DNA of 64,000 nucleotides from Laetmonice hystrix. Taxonomy: Eukaryota. Where the stretch lies: the NCBI GenBank assembly GCA_965235115.1, contig OZ249436.1, positions 37,884,001 to 37,948,000 of the forward strand, in the 5' to 3' direction. The position numbers were made by a program, and so were the translations under genes. Numbering within the stretch: the first letter of the stretch is position 1; every line of letters starts with the position of its first letter. A model generated the notes under the pieces. The model ran no database searches. It saw only the letters and a program-made list of their open reading frames with translations, and was not told where the DNA came from. Shown here in pieces: positions 36,101 through 48,947 of the stretch.

Positions 36101-39100
36101 GGGGCTGGTGTCCCGGTATAGGGCTGGTGTCCCGGTATAGGGCTGGTGTCCCGGTATAGGGCCGGTGTCCTGATATGGGGCCGGTGTCCCGGTATGCGGC
36201 TGGTGCCCCGGTATGGGGCTGGTGTCCCGCTATAGGGCTGGTGTCCCGGTATAGGGCTGGTGTCCCGGTATGGGGCCGGTGTCCCGATATGGGGCAGGTG
36301 TCCCGTTATCGGGCTGGTGTCCCGGTATAGGGCTGGTGTCCCGGTATGGGGCTGGTGTCCCGGTATAGGGCCGGTGTCCTGATATGGGGCTGGTGTCCCG
36401 GTATAGGGCCGGTGTCCTGATATGGGGCTGGTGTCCCGGTATAGGGCTGGTGTCCCGGTATGGGGCTGGTGTCCCGGTATAGGGCCGGTGTCCTGATATG
36501 GGACTGGTGTCCCGGTATGGGGCCGGTGTCCCGATATGGGGCAGGTGTCCCGTTATCGGGCTGGTGTCCCGGTATGGGGCTGGTGTCCTGGTACAGGGCC
36601 GGTGTCCTGATATGGGGCTGGTGTCCCGGTATAGGGCCGGTGTCCTGATATGGGGCTGGTGACCCAGTATAGGGCTGGTGTCCCGGTATAGGTTGGTGTA
36701 CTAGTATTGGGCAGGAGTCCCGGTAGAGGGCTGGTGTCCCGGTATAGGGCTGGTGTCCCGGTATAGGGCTGGTGTCCCGGTATAGGGCCGGTGTCCCGGT
36801 ATAGGGCCGGTGTCCCGGTATAGGGCCGGTGTCCTGATATGGGGCCGGTGTCCCGGTATGGGGCTGGTGTCCCGGTATGGGGCTGGTGTTCCGGTATAGG
36901 GCTGGTGTCCCGGTATAGGGCTGGTGTCCCGGTATAGGGCCGGTGTCCTGATATGGGGCCGGTCTCCCGGTATGGGGCTGGTGTCCCGGTATGGGGCTGG
37001 TGTCCCGGTATAGGGCCGGTGTCCTGATATGCGGACGGTGTCCCGGTATGGGGCCGGTGTCCCGGTATAGGGCCGGTGTCCTGATATGGGGCCGGTGTCC
37101 CGGTATGGGGCTGGTGTCCCGGTATAGGGCCGGTGTCCTGATATGGGGCCGGTGTCCCGGTATGGGGCCGGTGTCCCGGGATAGGGCCGGTGTCCCGGTA
37201 TAGGGCCGGTGTCCTGATATGGGGCCGGTCTCCCGGTATGGGGCCGGTGTCGCGGTTTAGGGCCGGTGTCCCGGTATAGGGCCGGTGTCCCGGTATAGGG
37301 CCGGTGTCCTGATATGGGGCCGGTGTCCTGATATGGGGCTGGTGTCCCGGTATGGGGCTGGTGTCCCGGTATAGGGCTGGTGTTCTGATATGGGGCCGGT
37401 CTCCCGGTATGGGGCTGGTGTCGCGGTTTAGGGCCGGTGTCCCGGTATAGGGCCGGTGTCCCGGTATAGGGCCGGTGTCCTGATATGGGGCCGGTGTCCC
37501 GGTATGGGGCTGGTGTCCCGGTATGGGGCTGGTGTTCCGGTATAGGGCTGGTGTCCCGGTATAGGGCCGGTGTCCCGGTATAGGGCCGGTGTCCTGATAT
37601 GGGGCCGGTCTCCCGGTATGGGGCTGGTGTCCCGGTATGGGGCTGGTGTCCCGGTATAGGGCCGGTGTCCTGATATGCGGACGGTGTCCCGGTATGGGGC
37701 CGGTGTCCCGGTATGGGGCCGGTGTCCCGGTATAGGGCCGGTGTCCTGATATGGGGCCGGTGTCCCGGTATAGGGCCGGTGTCCCGGTATAGGGTCGGTG
37801 TCCCGGTATAGGGCTGGTGTCCCGGTATAGGGCTGGTGTCCCGGTATAGGGCCGGTGTCCTGATATGGGGCCGGTCTGCCAGTATGGGGCTGGTGTCCCG
37901 GTATGGGGCTGGTGTCCCGGTATAGGGCTGGTGTCCCGGTATAGGGCTGGTGTCCCGGTATAGGGCCGGTGTCCTGATATGGGGCCGGTGTCCCGGTATG
38001 CGGCTGGTGCCCCGGTATGGGGCTGGTGTCCCGCTATAGGGCTGGTGTCCCGGTATAGGGCTGGTGTCCCGGTATGGGGCCGGTGTCCCGATATGGGGCA
38101 GGTGTCCCGTTATCGGGCTGGTGTCCCGGTATAGGGCTGGTGTCCCGGTATGGGGCTGGTGTCCCGGTATAGGGCCGGTGTCCTGATATGGGGCTGGTGT
38201 CCCGGTATAGGGCCGGTGTCCTGATATGGGGCTGGTGTCCCGGTATAGGGCCGGTATCCTGATGTGGGGCCGGTCTCCCGGTATGGGGCTGGTGTCCCGG
38301 TATAGGGCCGGTGTCCCGGTATAGGGCCGGTGTCCTGATATGGGGCCGGTGTCCCGGTATGGGGCCGGTGTCCCGGTATAGGGCTGGTGTCCCAGTATAG
38401 TGTATAGATTACCGGGGGTAACCTGAAGCTAGCTTCAAATAACCCCCCGGTAATCTAAAGTTGGTTTCAAAAAGCCCCTCGGTTAGGGTCAAGGTAAGTT
38501 TAGGGTTAGGTCTATTTGAATTAACGTGCGAAACATTTTTTATGCGAAGTTTATTTTTGTAACTTGAAACTGGGAGGAGGGGGGTAATTTGAAGCTAGCT
38601 TCAGATTACCGAGGGATAACGTCAATGGGGGGGGGGGGGGTAATCTGAAACTGTTACACCGGTATAGGACAGGCGTCCCGGTATAGAAAAGGCGTCCTGC
38701 TATGGGACAGGCGTCCAGTATTTTACAGGGTTAGTTTTACAATTACCGGACTGGTGCCCCCAGTCTTGCAGATGAGGAATGATGCAAAAGGACCATTGTA
38801 AAGAGAAAAAACAAATTAAATAACTCGACGCCCAAAGAATAAAAAAATATAAGAAATTTCATTATGATTGTATATTATATTCCTCCTCTGTTTTTTAGGG
38901 TAAATCAGAAAAAAATCATTTTCAAAAGTCCAAGTGTGACAAAAGGACCAATAATGGTTACTTTGTCACATCATGATACAAAAGGACCAGTCAAAGTGAC
39001 AAAGGGACCACAGTGGTCCCTTTGTCACAGGTGATGATACAAAAGGACCAGTCAGTGTGACAAAAGGACCATCTTAAGATGACCACCGCCACCGCCACCA

Positions 39101-42100
39101 CCACCACCACCACACAAACATTGACCATTGATAGTAGAGGGTGCCGTAGACTGGTCTCTGAATGAACACCGGTCAGCCGACCCTGGGTGAGGGTATGATC
39201 ACAGATGTACGGTGGTTTTGATGTTGGAGGGTCTGTGGACCCACAGATGGTTGAACACCCCCCCCCCCCCACCACCACCACCACCACCACCACCACCACA
39301 AACATTGACCATTGATAGTAGAGGGTGACCGTAGACTGGTCTCTGAATGAACACCGGTCAGTCGACCCTGGGTGAGGGTATGATCACAGATGTACGGTGG
39401 GTTTGATGTTGGAAGGTCTGTGTACACACAGATGGTTGAACACCCCCACATTGTTGTATGAAGTATTGAGGAGGATTTTATGATGTATCTCATTACATAA
39501 CTGACCATTGATAGTAGAGGGTGACTGTAGACTGGTCTCTGAATGAAGTTTGATGTTGGAAGGCCTGTGTACCCACAGATGGGTGAACACCCCCCACATT
39601 GTTGTATGAAGTATTGAGGAGGATTTTATGATGTATCTCATTACATAACTGACGAGCTTTGTTCAGTCTGACCTGTTTCACATAATCGTTGTAGTGGGAA
39701 TACCCGTGTCATATCTCCCAGTATTCACGTCAGAAACATTTCAGTGTTAAACAAACAGAAATCACTCTCATGGTCATCCTTAACGATATCATGAGAAAGT
39801 GTTTCTCCCAATAAAAAGACGATTTATTTTAGATTCAGTTTGCTATGTCAGACAAGTAATCTGTAACAGAAATTCTTCTTATATTTGACCTGGTTACGTG
39901 CCAGAAAAGGTCGGTGAAAACTTGGCTGAGTGTATTGTATGTTGGAGTTACTGTACATTACCGGTATATAGTATACGGGTGTGAGGACAATAGGAGGTAT
40001 TGTATCTGTGTGACCCGGCACAACCCTGGATAATGGTGCACGGATGACAATAGATGCAGGGTCTAACTTCTATTGTTCAACTAAGAACTTCAGCCGCCCT
40101 AAGTGCCCACAAACTTATATTTGTCTTCATTTTATATCCAGAAGATATATTTCTTCAATGTTATTCAAATTCTTTCGCCAAATCGAGGTCGTTTGACTTG
40201 GAATACCATTTAAGTTTTTCAACAGAACATTTCGGAGCACAAGCTCTATAGCACGGACATCCCCCTAGATTTAAAACTGTTACATTGGAGTCGGCGATAT
40301 TTCTGGATAGTTACAGATTACAAAGTGGTATAAATTTGCTCCGATATTATTATACGATTCCATGACAAATGCTCACAAGACAAATGCTCACTACACTCAA
40401 AGAAAAAGAGACAATGCTCACAAATTGTTTTATAATCTATCTAACAGAATTTCTTTTTGACAAATAAAGATTGTAAAACAATTTGTGAGCATTTGTCTCT
40501 TTTTCTGTTAGTGTTGTGAGCCTTTGTCTTGTGAGCATTTGTCTTGTGAGCATTTGTCTTGTGAGCATTTGTCTTGTGAGCATTTGTATGCACACCTATT
40601 AGACAGTCAGCTTTAGAGAGGGATCGAGTCTGCTCAACATGCTGTAGTAATTCTCTAAGAGGCAGAGTCAAAAATGTTATACATGTTTATGTGTCTCTTT
40701 TTGGACATCTTCTTTCCTCCTCATGAGCCTACGTTAGGGAGGTTGTGAATGTTACGATAAGATCTCCGTAATACCAGATTGGAGGTCATGCCATTTCACA
40801 AACGGTTGAACCCAGTTAGTGGTGGCAATCACTGCCCACCGTCCGAGCATTGTCTTCATGACAGGGGACGTGTCAACCATACCGACACCACGGCCTCCTC
40901 GCCCAGCGCTGACCAGACGACAAAGGTCAAGACTAGACTGGTCATTAGAGATCAGCCGCTGTGACCAAACAGATGGTCATCACAGAATTGGTCAATCCAA
41001 AACCATGCAAGGCTCCCCCTCCTCCCGCCCCTGACCCTCACCCCTCCTATAGCTGACCCTTACAGCTTTATTTATCACCCTGTCTGGGTCGTAATCATGT
41101 GCCATCCCTTAAATAATTTTCCCTACCACCTTGCGTATTATGCAGAAGGTTGAAACACTTGCGAAAATCTCTACAGGGCTTTCTTCCCGACACAGATAAC
41201 AAGAAATACATGACGAGAAGCACGTCTATGTTGTATTTCTAAAAGATTACTTAGATCTGAAGTGAGGGTCAGTAAGAGCTAGGGTTCGAGTAATGACCTG
41301 CTATAACAGCTGTTTCACGAGACAAGCGACCAGTGAGGTCCAGCGACAGGTTGTTATAATTGACTAAGTTAAGAGTTGCGACTCGATGAGCCCGTGCCTG
41401 GACTGGTTAATGTTGGTGATGAAGATGTTTGAGTCGGACAGGGAGTCAGCCAATGATGTATATTTGATGCCGGCGATGAATGAGCCGTGTGAGGAGGCGG
41501 GCAGGTTGGGGCAATGGCAGCTGTGTATCGGGCTATTGGAAGCCTTGATTAATAAGCGAGCCAAGATAAGGGCACGTCTAATTCCAGATTGATGTAATTG
41601 TTTCTGTTAAAAAAAGAGCAACAGCAAACGACCGCCCGTTTCATACGAGTTGCTACATCTGAGGAGAGGTTATAATTATCAGGACCCAGGTCTATAATCG
41701 GAGCTTCTGCTTGTAATTCTTCCCAAAACAGCATTTATGATAGTGTAATAGGACACCATAATTGGATTACAGAGCGGGGAGGAAGGGGGGGGGGGTATGG
41801 GGACGATTTTCCATGAGGGGGGTCGTTTAGGGGGTTAGGAGCGATGTTGCTGACACACTCAACATGCCATCTTGTTACGGGTTTCATACAGACCGAGTGC
41901 TGACTCCAACCAACCAACAACACTGTAAGAATCCATGTTCGTACATAGGAGATAACATAATCGATTAACGCATGAGTTAAACGAAAGGCCACCCTGATTG
42001 TTTGGAAACATGTTGACCAGAATCAAAGCACTGAAGCTAGGATTCATTCCCGAAATTGTATTTTGGTATTGTAAAATATGGATTATCTGCGTACGTAAAT

Positions 42101-45100
42101 GTCACTGTTGTGGAGAAAATAGAAAAAAATATGGATACCATAGAATTACACAAACACACAAAAACACCATTTTTTTTTATCAAAAACGTGAAGCACACTT
42201 ATTGAAGGAAGAGAAGGAAGAAGAATGATATATCCCTGATAAAATCATTTTTTCAAATACCTCACCCAAAATTGAAAAACATGTTAACGTGGCACACATT
42301 ATAGAGGTGCCCAAGCATGGAATAGCTTACCCCTTGCTGAACAAATTACTACTACATTGTATATGGATTTTTTTTAAATGGGAATAAATTGAAAAATGCT
42401 GATTACCTTAATTAATATGTAAAGACGTAAGTAGTTGGAAATTCTCTTTACGTGTTTGGGAATGAAACTAAAATCCATCTCATTCTTTCATTCATACCTA
42501 CTTATGCCTTCTTTTTTTTTGGGGGGGGGGGGGGTGTTGGACATGCTAGATGTTTACTTTGAAGCAGATTCGAGTCGTCTTGATGCCATATCTATATAAT
42601 ATTGCTGATATGAGTTATAATATATTGCTGGAGTACCACTGTACAAGCTGTGAGGATGGTCGGTGCTGAAAACCGGCGGTTTCGTCGAGCTACTCGCCAA
42701 TAAAGCAAATTGAAAAATATAAAAAAATATGAAGATGTAGGATTGATAAATCGGGGCACAATGGAAAGAAAGAGAGAGGGATAGAGACATAGAGAGATAG
42801 AGAACGGCCTGTAGTAGTCACCTATCATTTATGGTTGGCCATCATTACCAGAAAACCACTGACTCCGCAGTGCCTTACTATCTGTGGCGTCCAATTGTAG
42901 CCATAATGGTCAGTGACATTGTCTAGAGAGGCGATAATAGGATATATTAGGGTCTGCAAAAATAAATGACCACCGTGTCAACAGGTCTGCCACCTGCAAC
43001 GTCACATGACCGCAAGAGACGAATCGAGCCTAATTAGGAATCAATTTAAAAGGAGGCCAGATTTAATAGTAGCTGAAGTTGAGGCCAGTGGTGTGCTATG
43101 GCCAGGTCTAATACCCATAGCTTTGTGACGTTCACCCCAGTAGGTTTGACTTGCAGAGCGGCACAGACCGCGTGGTGGGAGGCCAAGTGGTGGTTGACTT
43201 TAGCCGACATAGTTTGTTGGTAGGTGGAGGTCTATAGCGTCAGCCGGGGCAGAACTTTGTGGTGGTCTATACATATAGCATAGAGGCAGCGACCGCTTAA
43301 GTTGTGCACTTTTTTAGGGGCAATATGTTGTGGCATTCAACCCGAGCAGATGGGATAAATAGTGCAATTTGGAGGGCCGTGTGAGAAATTGATTATCATT
43401 GCTGTCTTAATGACTGATATTAGGCAGGTAAAGAGGCGGGCTGGGACTGTGTCCGATCGCATGCTATATGAGCATCACCCATAGCGACCCACAGCTGAAG
43501 GAAGTGCCGTTGTATGGGATTGAAATAACAAGTCTATTAGTAAGACTTTCCGGAACACATTAACGCTTTGGTTATTGACATCATAACAGTACTGTTGCCT
43601 GGTAAGGCGTATCCTGGTCCCCAGGGCCCAGTTCGGAAAACATTTGCTCAATCTTAAGCTCAAATATGGCTGCCCTTTGCTCACCTGAGCATTTGCTCAA
43701 ATCCGGTTCGGAAAACCTTGCTTAGGCCTTGCTTCCGTAAGATCATCACAAAGCTGTTCCAGGAAGAATCAGAACCCCCCAGTAAAAGGATTGGGGAGAG
43801 GTACAGGTGGCACTACAATGTATTTCAATTTCTGGTAGGGTAATGATGCTCCATAGAACTGTTGATACTGATGAAAGTTTTAAATCTGCACCATTCAGTG
43901 GTCATGATGCGCCAAAAGGGAGGACAGTTCCCACAGAGGTTTTGATGTGCAAGTCGGTCGATAGATGTACTATTCCTAACCTCTTTCTAACAGCAAAAAT
44001 TGGCTCTGATCCTGGCATTACGATAGGCCTAGTTGTTAGACAAATTATAGTCCTATTCGTGTAGTCCATCTATTTATACATGATAAAGAACGATCTAGAA
44101 ATACATTATTTGAACCATGCTAGAGATGTTAGGTGCCCGGGTTCTCCACCACGGTTAAAAGGTGCACCTTAGATATGAATAGCCCCGAGTCCTTTACCAA
44201 ATGATACAGAAGAGTAAGACATCTTTGAAAGACGTCTTGCAGTCCCATCACCTGTAGACAGCCGAGGTTACACTGTTTGACGATAGATAAGATGGCTCTG
44301 TTATCTGTTATCTATGAATGTATAATACTAAAAATAGTACTCCATCATGGCAGTAAATTTTATCAAATGGGACCTCTCTAATTAGATTGAGGATCAGAGT
44401 CAGATATCTCTCCTCAGCTCTTCACTAGAGCTCTAGTTTTCTTTACTTTCTTGCTAACCCCCAGAGATTTCTGAGGCCAACATATCTGAGGGAACATCGT
44501 TGACTTGAGTTGTACTCATTACTTATCGGGGTGACAACTCGCCACCAGTATTTTGTTGCACTATCATTCATTGATGTCAACTGTATCCGTAATTTGTATA
44601 CGATACCGATAAAATTCCTCATTTACCAGACAGTTAAATACGCATGGGTGATCAAGCCTTTACAGGGCCATCACAAATCATTTGACGTCATCGTGGTTGT
44701 TTGATGGCAGAGAGTCGGGTAGATACGGGTGGTCAGGTGGCCGCCTCGGTTTCAATTTTTTCCTCCGTGTTTTGAAGAGTTCTGGTGGTTGCTGTGACTG
44801 GCCGACTGGTGATAGAGATTGACTGGTCTGTGTGGGTCTGTGTGTGGCCAGGGCAGTTTGACTGGTGATAGAGATTGACTGGTCTGTGTGGGTCTGTGTG
44901 TGGCCAGGGCAGTTTGACTGGTGATAGAGATTGACTGGTTGGTGTGGATCTGTGTGTGGCCAGGGCAGTTTGACTGGCGATAGAGATTGACTTGTGGGTG
45001 TGGGTTTGTGTGTGGCCAGGGCAGTTTGACTGGTGATAGAGATTGACTGGTCTGTGTGGGTCTGTGTGTGGCCAGGGCAGTTTGACTGGTGGTAGAGATT

Positions 45101-47746
45101 GACTGGTCTGTGTGGGTCTGTGTGTGGCCAGGGCAGTTTGACTGGTGGTAGAGACTGACTTGTGTGTGTGGTTCTGTGTGTGGCCAGGGCAGTTTGACTG
45201 GTGATAGAGATTGACTGGTCTGTGTGGGTCTGTGTGTGGCCAGGGCAGTTTGACTGGTGGTAGAGATTGACTGGTCTGTGTGGGTCTGTGTGTGTGGCCA
45301 GGGCAGTTTGACTGGTGGTAGAGATTGACTGGTCTGTGTGGGTCTGTGTGTGTGGCCAGGGCAGTTTGACTGGTGATAGAGATTGACTGGTCTGTGTGGG
45401 TCTGTGTGTGTGGCCAGGGCAGTTTGACTGGTGGTAGAGACTGACTTGTGTGTGTGGTTCTGTGTGTGGCCAGGGCAGTTTGATCGGAAGGCATTTCTAT
45501 GATCAGTGCAGATCAGGAGGCCGGGTAATTGTTTCTCATTTGATGAACTGGCGTAACGGACACTGTAGAACCCCCCTCCCCCCAAACCTTGCGTGAAATA
45601 TCTCCCGGACAAAGACCAACACTGAATGGTCCCAGTGAACTCTATAGAATATGACTCAATCCTTAAAAGTGCTTTCTGATCCGATTCACAGAATATAATT
45701 TGATGGAATTGTCGAGTCGAGTATGCATGTGTATGATGTCGCCATGTTGATGATGCAGAGAACAAAAGGCCGAGATTTACATCTTGATTGCCCAGGGCGA
45801 TGTAAACCATACGTCTAAGTGGCTGCGACAGGTACCACGTCATCTTTTGTCATACTATTCTGACTAACAAACTAAAGGGGTGGAGAAATTTTACTTTCAC
45901 ACTGAATACAAATGTATAGCGTGAACTGGGGTGACAGTGAATCGAATCTGTCTAATAAATGACCAGTCCGACCTTGACGTAGATGTCTAATGTGCACATT
46001 TGTCCGGGCCATTCCACACTCCTTTAATAGCATGTTACCCCGTCCAAGGTGGCAAATCAGCCACGAGTTTGTCATTCGCCATTGTTGCGTCCTAGGGGTA
46101 CCGTGAATTGTGCAGTCACAAAGTTACAGTAAGGTCGATGTTACCGTGTCGGTACACGTTGGTACGCCAAGCGGGGAGCCGTCAACAGGGTGCTTGTCAG
46201 CCCCGCCAGGGGGCGCGCCGCGTTGGCCTGAGCGTGCGGTGTGGCGGCCGGAGTGGAGGGCGGCTGAAGGCGGGGGGTTAGCTGGGTTACGGGCAGGTGG
46301 GCGGGCACCTGACAATGGGAGTTCATCTCCTGGCCTGTCTCCCGCGTTGCTACATCTCACAGTGCGGCCCCCGTGAGTTGAAGATTAATGACCTCACGAG
46401 CACAAGCCAGGCGGGTTTTTTTGTGCGAGTCGTGGTGCTGAACCTCCCCCCAACCACCGACTCGGCCAAGGTTCCTACTGTCACAAACAATAAGGTACAT
46501 AGATTGGATAATGAACGACACCCGAGTTCTGTACCGATCTTATCGGCCCTTATCACCGGGTAGAAAACATTGACTATTGATGCTCGTTTTGACGTGTACT
46601 TTCTGAAGGTAATCACCACATTTGGACGTTGCCACTGTCATCGTCCTCTCCCCCGCTGTACTCGCATTGTGAGTCCTCCCAAGAGTACCTTGCAGCACAT
46701 GGTACCCCAAGATAGCGCGCCAAATGACAGGGTTGTACAGCTAAGTATGCGAGCAGGTCTCTCAATGGACGTAATGGGATAAGGACATTAAGGTAATGAT
46801 TACAGCACGCCGGGTCGTCTTGGGCCACGCATACATAGTCAAGTTTAAATATCGCATGCCCGTGTCCAGCCCAGTCAATCACTGGGGAAGACTAAAGACG
46901 TCCAGCCCCAGGCCAGGAAGACCTAACTGAATTAACGTCAGCGTTTGTCCGACATGTTCCTTCAGGCCATACACACCGCTAAATTAAACACCTTCCATCT
47001 GATTATCCCATCGCGATCTGTTACCCCGGTGGAAACCATACCCAGATCGCCACAGATCCCGATAAGGTACCAAGTCCACTTCAGAAAGTGAAATTATCAA
47101 CTTGATATCTTTGAGCGTATGTCCTTATGTGTCCGCTGGTTCTTTGAACCATTCATCCTGTCTGTTGTGGTAAACAAACTGTGACCGTCACTTGATGGAT
47201 AAAGGCTTCAAAAAGACGGCGACGGTACAGACTGACTTTGGCAGGTTGATTTATTTCCCGGACTAAAGCGATACCTGACCCTCAGTAGGTGTGTTGTGTA
47301 TAGAGACATGGCAACTTGCTCGATCTTTTTTTCTGTTCTCGTTATCACAGCGTCGGGCAATCCGATCGGGGAGGGCGTTTACTGTGTCTATACACAGACA
47401 TGAATCAGTGCTAATCTAAAGACATGAATCAGTGTTAATCTTGTTATTCCATCTGAAGTATGGGCATTCGACATTTCATCTTAAAGATAAAGAACATATA
47501 TGTTTCTAGTCTAGTCTAGTCTACAATAGGTCTAGGCCTCAGCGGTTGCGAAAGAAAACCGACTAATGTTGATTAATTTTTCAGTATGAAACCTTACGTA
47601 TATATAATATGATGACCAGTTCATAATTTGATTGTCTTTCAGACATGTCGTCTTACGTTACACCCGTTGACCCCAGCAGTCTGGTGGTGGAACTGAAACC
47701 CATGCAGATCCGCACGTTCGAGGTGACACTGGCGCCATCTAGCTGA
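15164..47746 (+). CDS. MAN2B1: Lysosomal alpha-mannosidase (GH38), 26 coding exons, ~1049 aa
   Basis: GT-AG exons in consistent phase: 15164-15427, 16392-16494, 16868-17017, 17361-17554, 17772-17880, 18049-18143, 18345-18416, 18576-18692, 19075-19278, 19390-19462, 19635-19674, 19924-19993, 20207-20326, 23288-23404, 23555-23684, 23928-23992, 24279-24500, 25855-25973, 27499-27600, 27975-28062, 28271-28357, 28531-28621, 28987-29132, 29569-29718, 29894-30011, 47643-47746 (sum 3150 nt). Signal peptide and motifs [72 protein letters not shown] and PMQIRTF are present. Confidence 0.95.
15474..15996. mobile_element. 523-bp palindromic TTAA MITE (Kolobok-type) in intron 1
   Basis: TTAA|AGGGAGTCGTAAAATTC ... 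GAATTTTACGACTCCCT|TTAA, with ~230-bp near-perfect arms and a ~63-bp spacer. Confidence 0.92.
20255..22820 (+). repeat. 107-bp tandem array made of exon-13 3' half + splice donor + intron start (~16 units)
   Basis: CAG|GTAGAC recurs at 20327, 20434, 20541, then 21550-22727 every 107 bp. The unit carries the exonic ...TTCTGTCCTCTTACAAACGTCACCTATTGTAACGTCAC... Confidence 0.95.
20607..21505. mobile_element. ~900-bp non-autonomous TIR element (PIF/Harbinger-like) inserted in the 107-bp array
   Basis: Splits the unit CCTCTTA|CAAAC with TTA (or TA) duplicated. Imperfect termini GGGCCCCTTAACACAC.. / ..GTGTGAAGGGGGTA. Confidence 0.75.
24643..25482. repeat. 57-bp intronic minisatellite, ~14-15 copies
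   Basis: Unit GTCAGTAAAGTAACGTTTTGGTGAGGTCATGATGTCAGGACGTAGAGTGACAGAAGG. Confidence 0.95.
25482..25854 (+). repeat. ~52-bp tandem copies of exon-18 acceptor + exon start
   Basis: TAG|GGT(GTC)..CCAGG starts at 25507, 25559, 25636, 25688, 25751 and 25803, before the true exon at 25855. Confidence 0.9.
26180..27487. repeat. ~46-48-bp intronic minisatellite
   Basis: Unit GTTGATGTGTAAGCCACCATGTTGA(G)TGGACCTGTTTGTGTGTATA. It explains the long minus-strand ORFs. Confidence 0.95.
32424..32919. repeat. ~190-210-bp tandem repeat with (CCA)n tract, left part
   Basis: Recurrent GGTGAGGGTATGATCACAGATGTACGGTGGG ... (CCA)n CAAACATTGACC. The array continues at 39084. Confidence 0.85.
33629..33692 (+). repeat. 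Degenerate telomere-like (TTAGGG/CTAGGG) tract, with a second copy at ~33996-34042
   Basis: GGCTAGGGTTAGGGTTAGGCTAGGGTTAGGGCTAGGGTTAGGG... Confidence 0.8.
34248..38400. repeat. 19-bp GC-rich minisatellite, ~4.1 kb (over 200 copies)
   Basis: Unit GGTGTCCCGGTATRGGGCY with variants such as GGTGTCCTGATATGGGGCC. Confidence 0.97.
39084..39652. repeat. Continuation of the (CCA)n-containing tandem repeat
   Basis: Resumes mid-unit, in register with 32919. Confidence 0.85.
40364..40588. repeat. Small foldback with 15-bp subrepeats
   Basis: ACAAATGCTCACAAG copies on the left and inverted GTGAGCATTTGTCTT copies on the right. Confidence 0.7.
44805..45483. repeat. ~56-bp minisatellite, ~12 copies
   Basis: Unit GTGGCCAGGGCAGTTTGACTGGTGATAGAGATTGACTGGTCTGTGTGGGTCTGTGT. 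Confidence 0.95.
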
Positions 47747-48051
47747 TCTTCGAGTCAAACCGTCCAACATCCGGGGCGTCATATAATCACGTGACATCGT
47801 AAAGGCCCCTAGTCATTGGTCAATGTCTCAGGGAGCGTAAACTGAAGGCTGACGGCCTGAAAGGCCAGAGTCCATTATTATTCATCCTCAGAGGCGGATC
47901 CAGGGTTTTGGAGGGAGGGGTGGCGGCGGCAAGGGAAAAATCCTGACAAAAGAGCCCAAAATGGTCAATTCAGAAAGCTCTATAATAAAAAGAACGGTCG
48001 GCAAAGAGGGGGTCCTGCTCCCCCCCCCCAAAAAAAAAAAAACTACATTAA

Positions 48052-48947
48052 AAGCAGGGTAAACACCCACGGCAAATAAGGTTTCATAGACCAAATGAAA
48101 CACCAGCATTTAACTGAAGTCAGAATGAAGTAATTAACGTGTAACCGCCTGATGTATGACGCCGCTGGTTCTGACCTTGACCTTCTTGTGTGTTCATCAG
48201 AGCCGAATGCTGCACACCGCGGCGTATTGCGTAACATTACTTGTTACTCTGCTCACAGACCTTGTCTACACGATGTTTGGAGTCCCAACGTTTGTAAACG
48301 TCCGAGGTGTTGAACACACAAGCAGAACCAGCGGCCACTCGGAACACCGACGCTGCTTCTGATTGGCTGTTTCTAGGTCATATCCGGAGGCGAAGCAGGC
48401 CTCGGATGTATGAAGCGGCCATTTTCCCGTTTTTCGTGCAAAGTAGTGTAAAGCGGTCGCACATGAACACAGAGAGTAAATAGTCGACCCCTACGCACAG
48501 GCACATAGGCCTAGTTCAAATATAATTTCTCAGCATACCTGTACCTCGAATTTTGTATCGTGGAGACAAAACAGTCTCTTCTTCACCTGGGAGGAAACCC
48601 AGATCTTCTGACTTTGTATAAAGTCGGACACTAGCCGACTAGGGATCGAGTTCTACATTTTCGGCACGGCGGCAGCGCGCGAGTTTGTTGTTTACATCCG
48701 GGTCAGTGGTCCCGACCTCGCCACCCACCCACCCCACCCCCCAGCATGGCGACCTTCGTCGTACAGCCGAGATATGACGGAGTCAATCGTGGGTGAGCCG
48801 AGTGAACCAGCGGCGTCACACATCGGGCAGTTACACGTTAATTACTTCATCCAGACAATGTAATTGTGTCATTTATTGCCCTGAGGTAAATGCTGGTGTT
48901 TCATCCAGTCTACGAAACCTTATTTGCCGTGGGTGTTTACCCTGCCT
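48052..48947. mobile_element. ~900-bp TTAA non-autonomous element (Kolobok-type)
   Basis: TTAA|AAGCAGGGTAAACACCCACGGCAAATAAGGTTTC ... GAAACCTTATTTGCCGTGGGTGTTTACCCTGCCT|TTAA. Confidence 0.88.

Larger units (their letters stand above)
32920..39083. mobile_element. 6.2-kb non-autonomous TIR element carrying a minisatellite
   Basis: Termini GTCATCTTAAGA..GGTCCTTTTGTCACACTGA / TCAGTGTGACAAAAGGACC.TCTTAAGATGAC, CACC on both flanks. It interrupts a (CCA)n tract, and GGTCCYTTTGTCAC is repeated subterminally. Confidence 0.8.
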
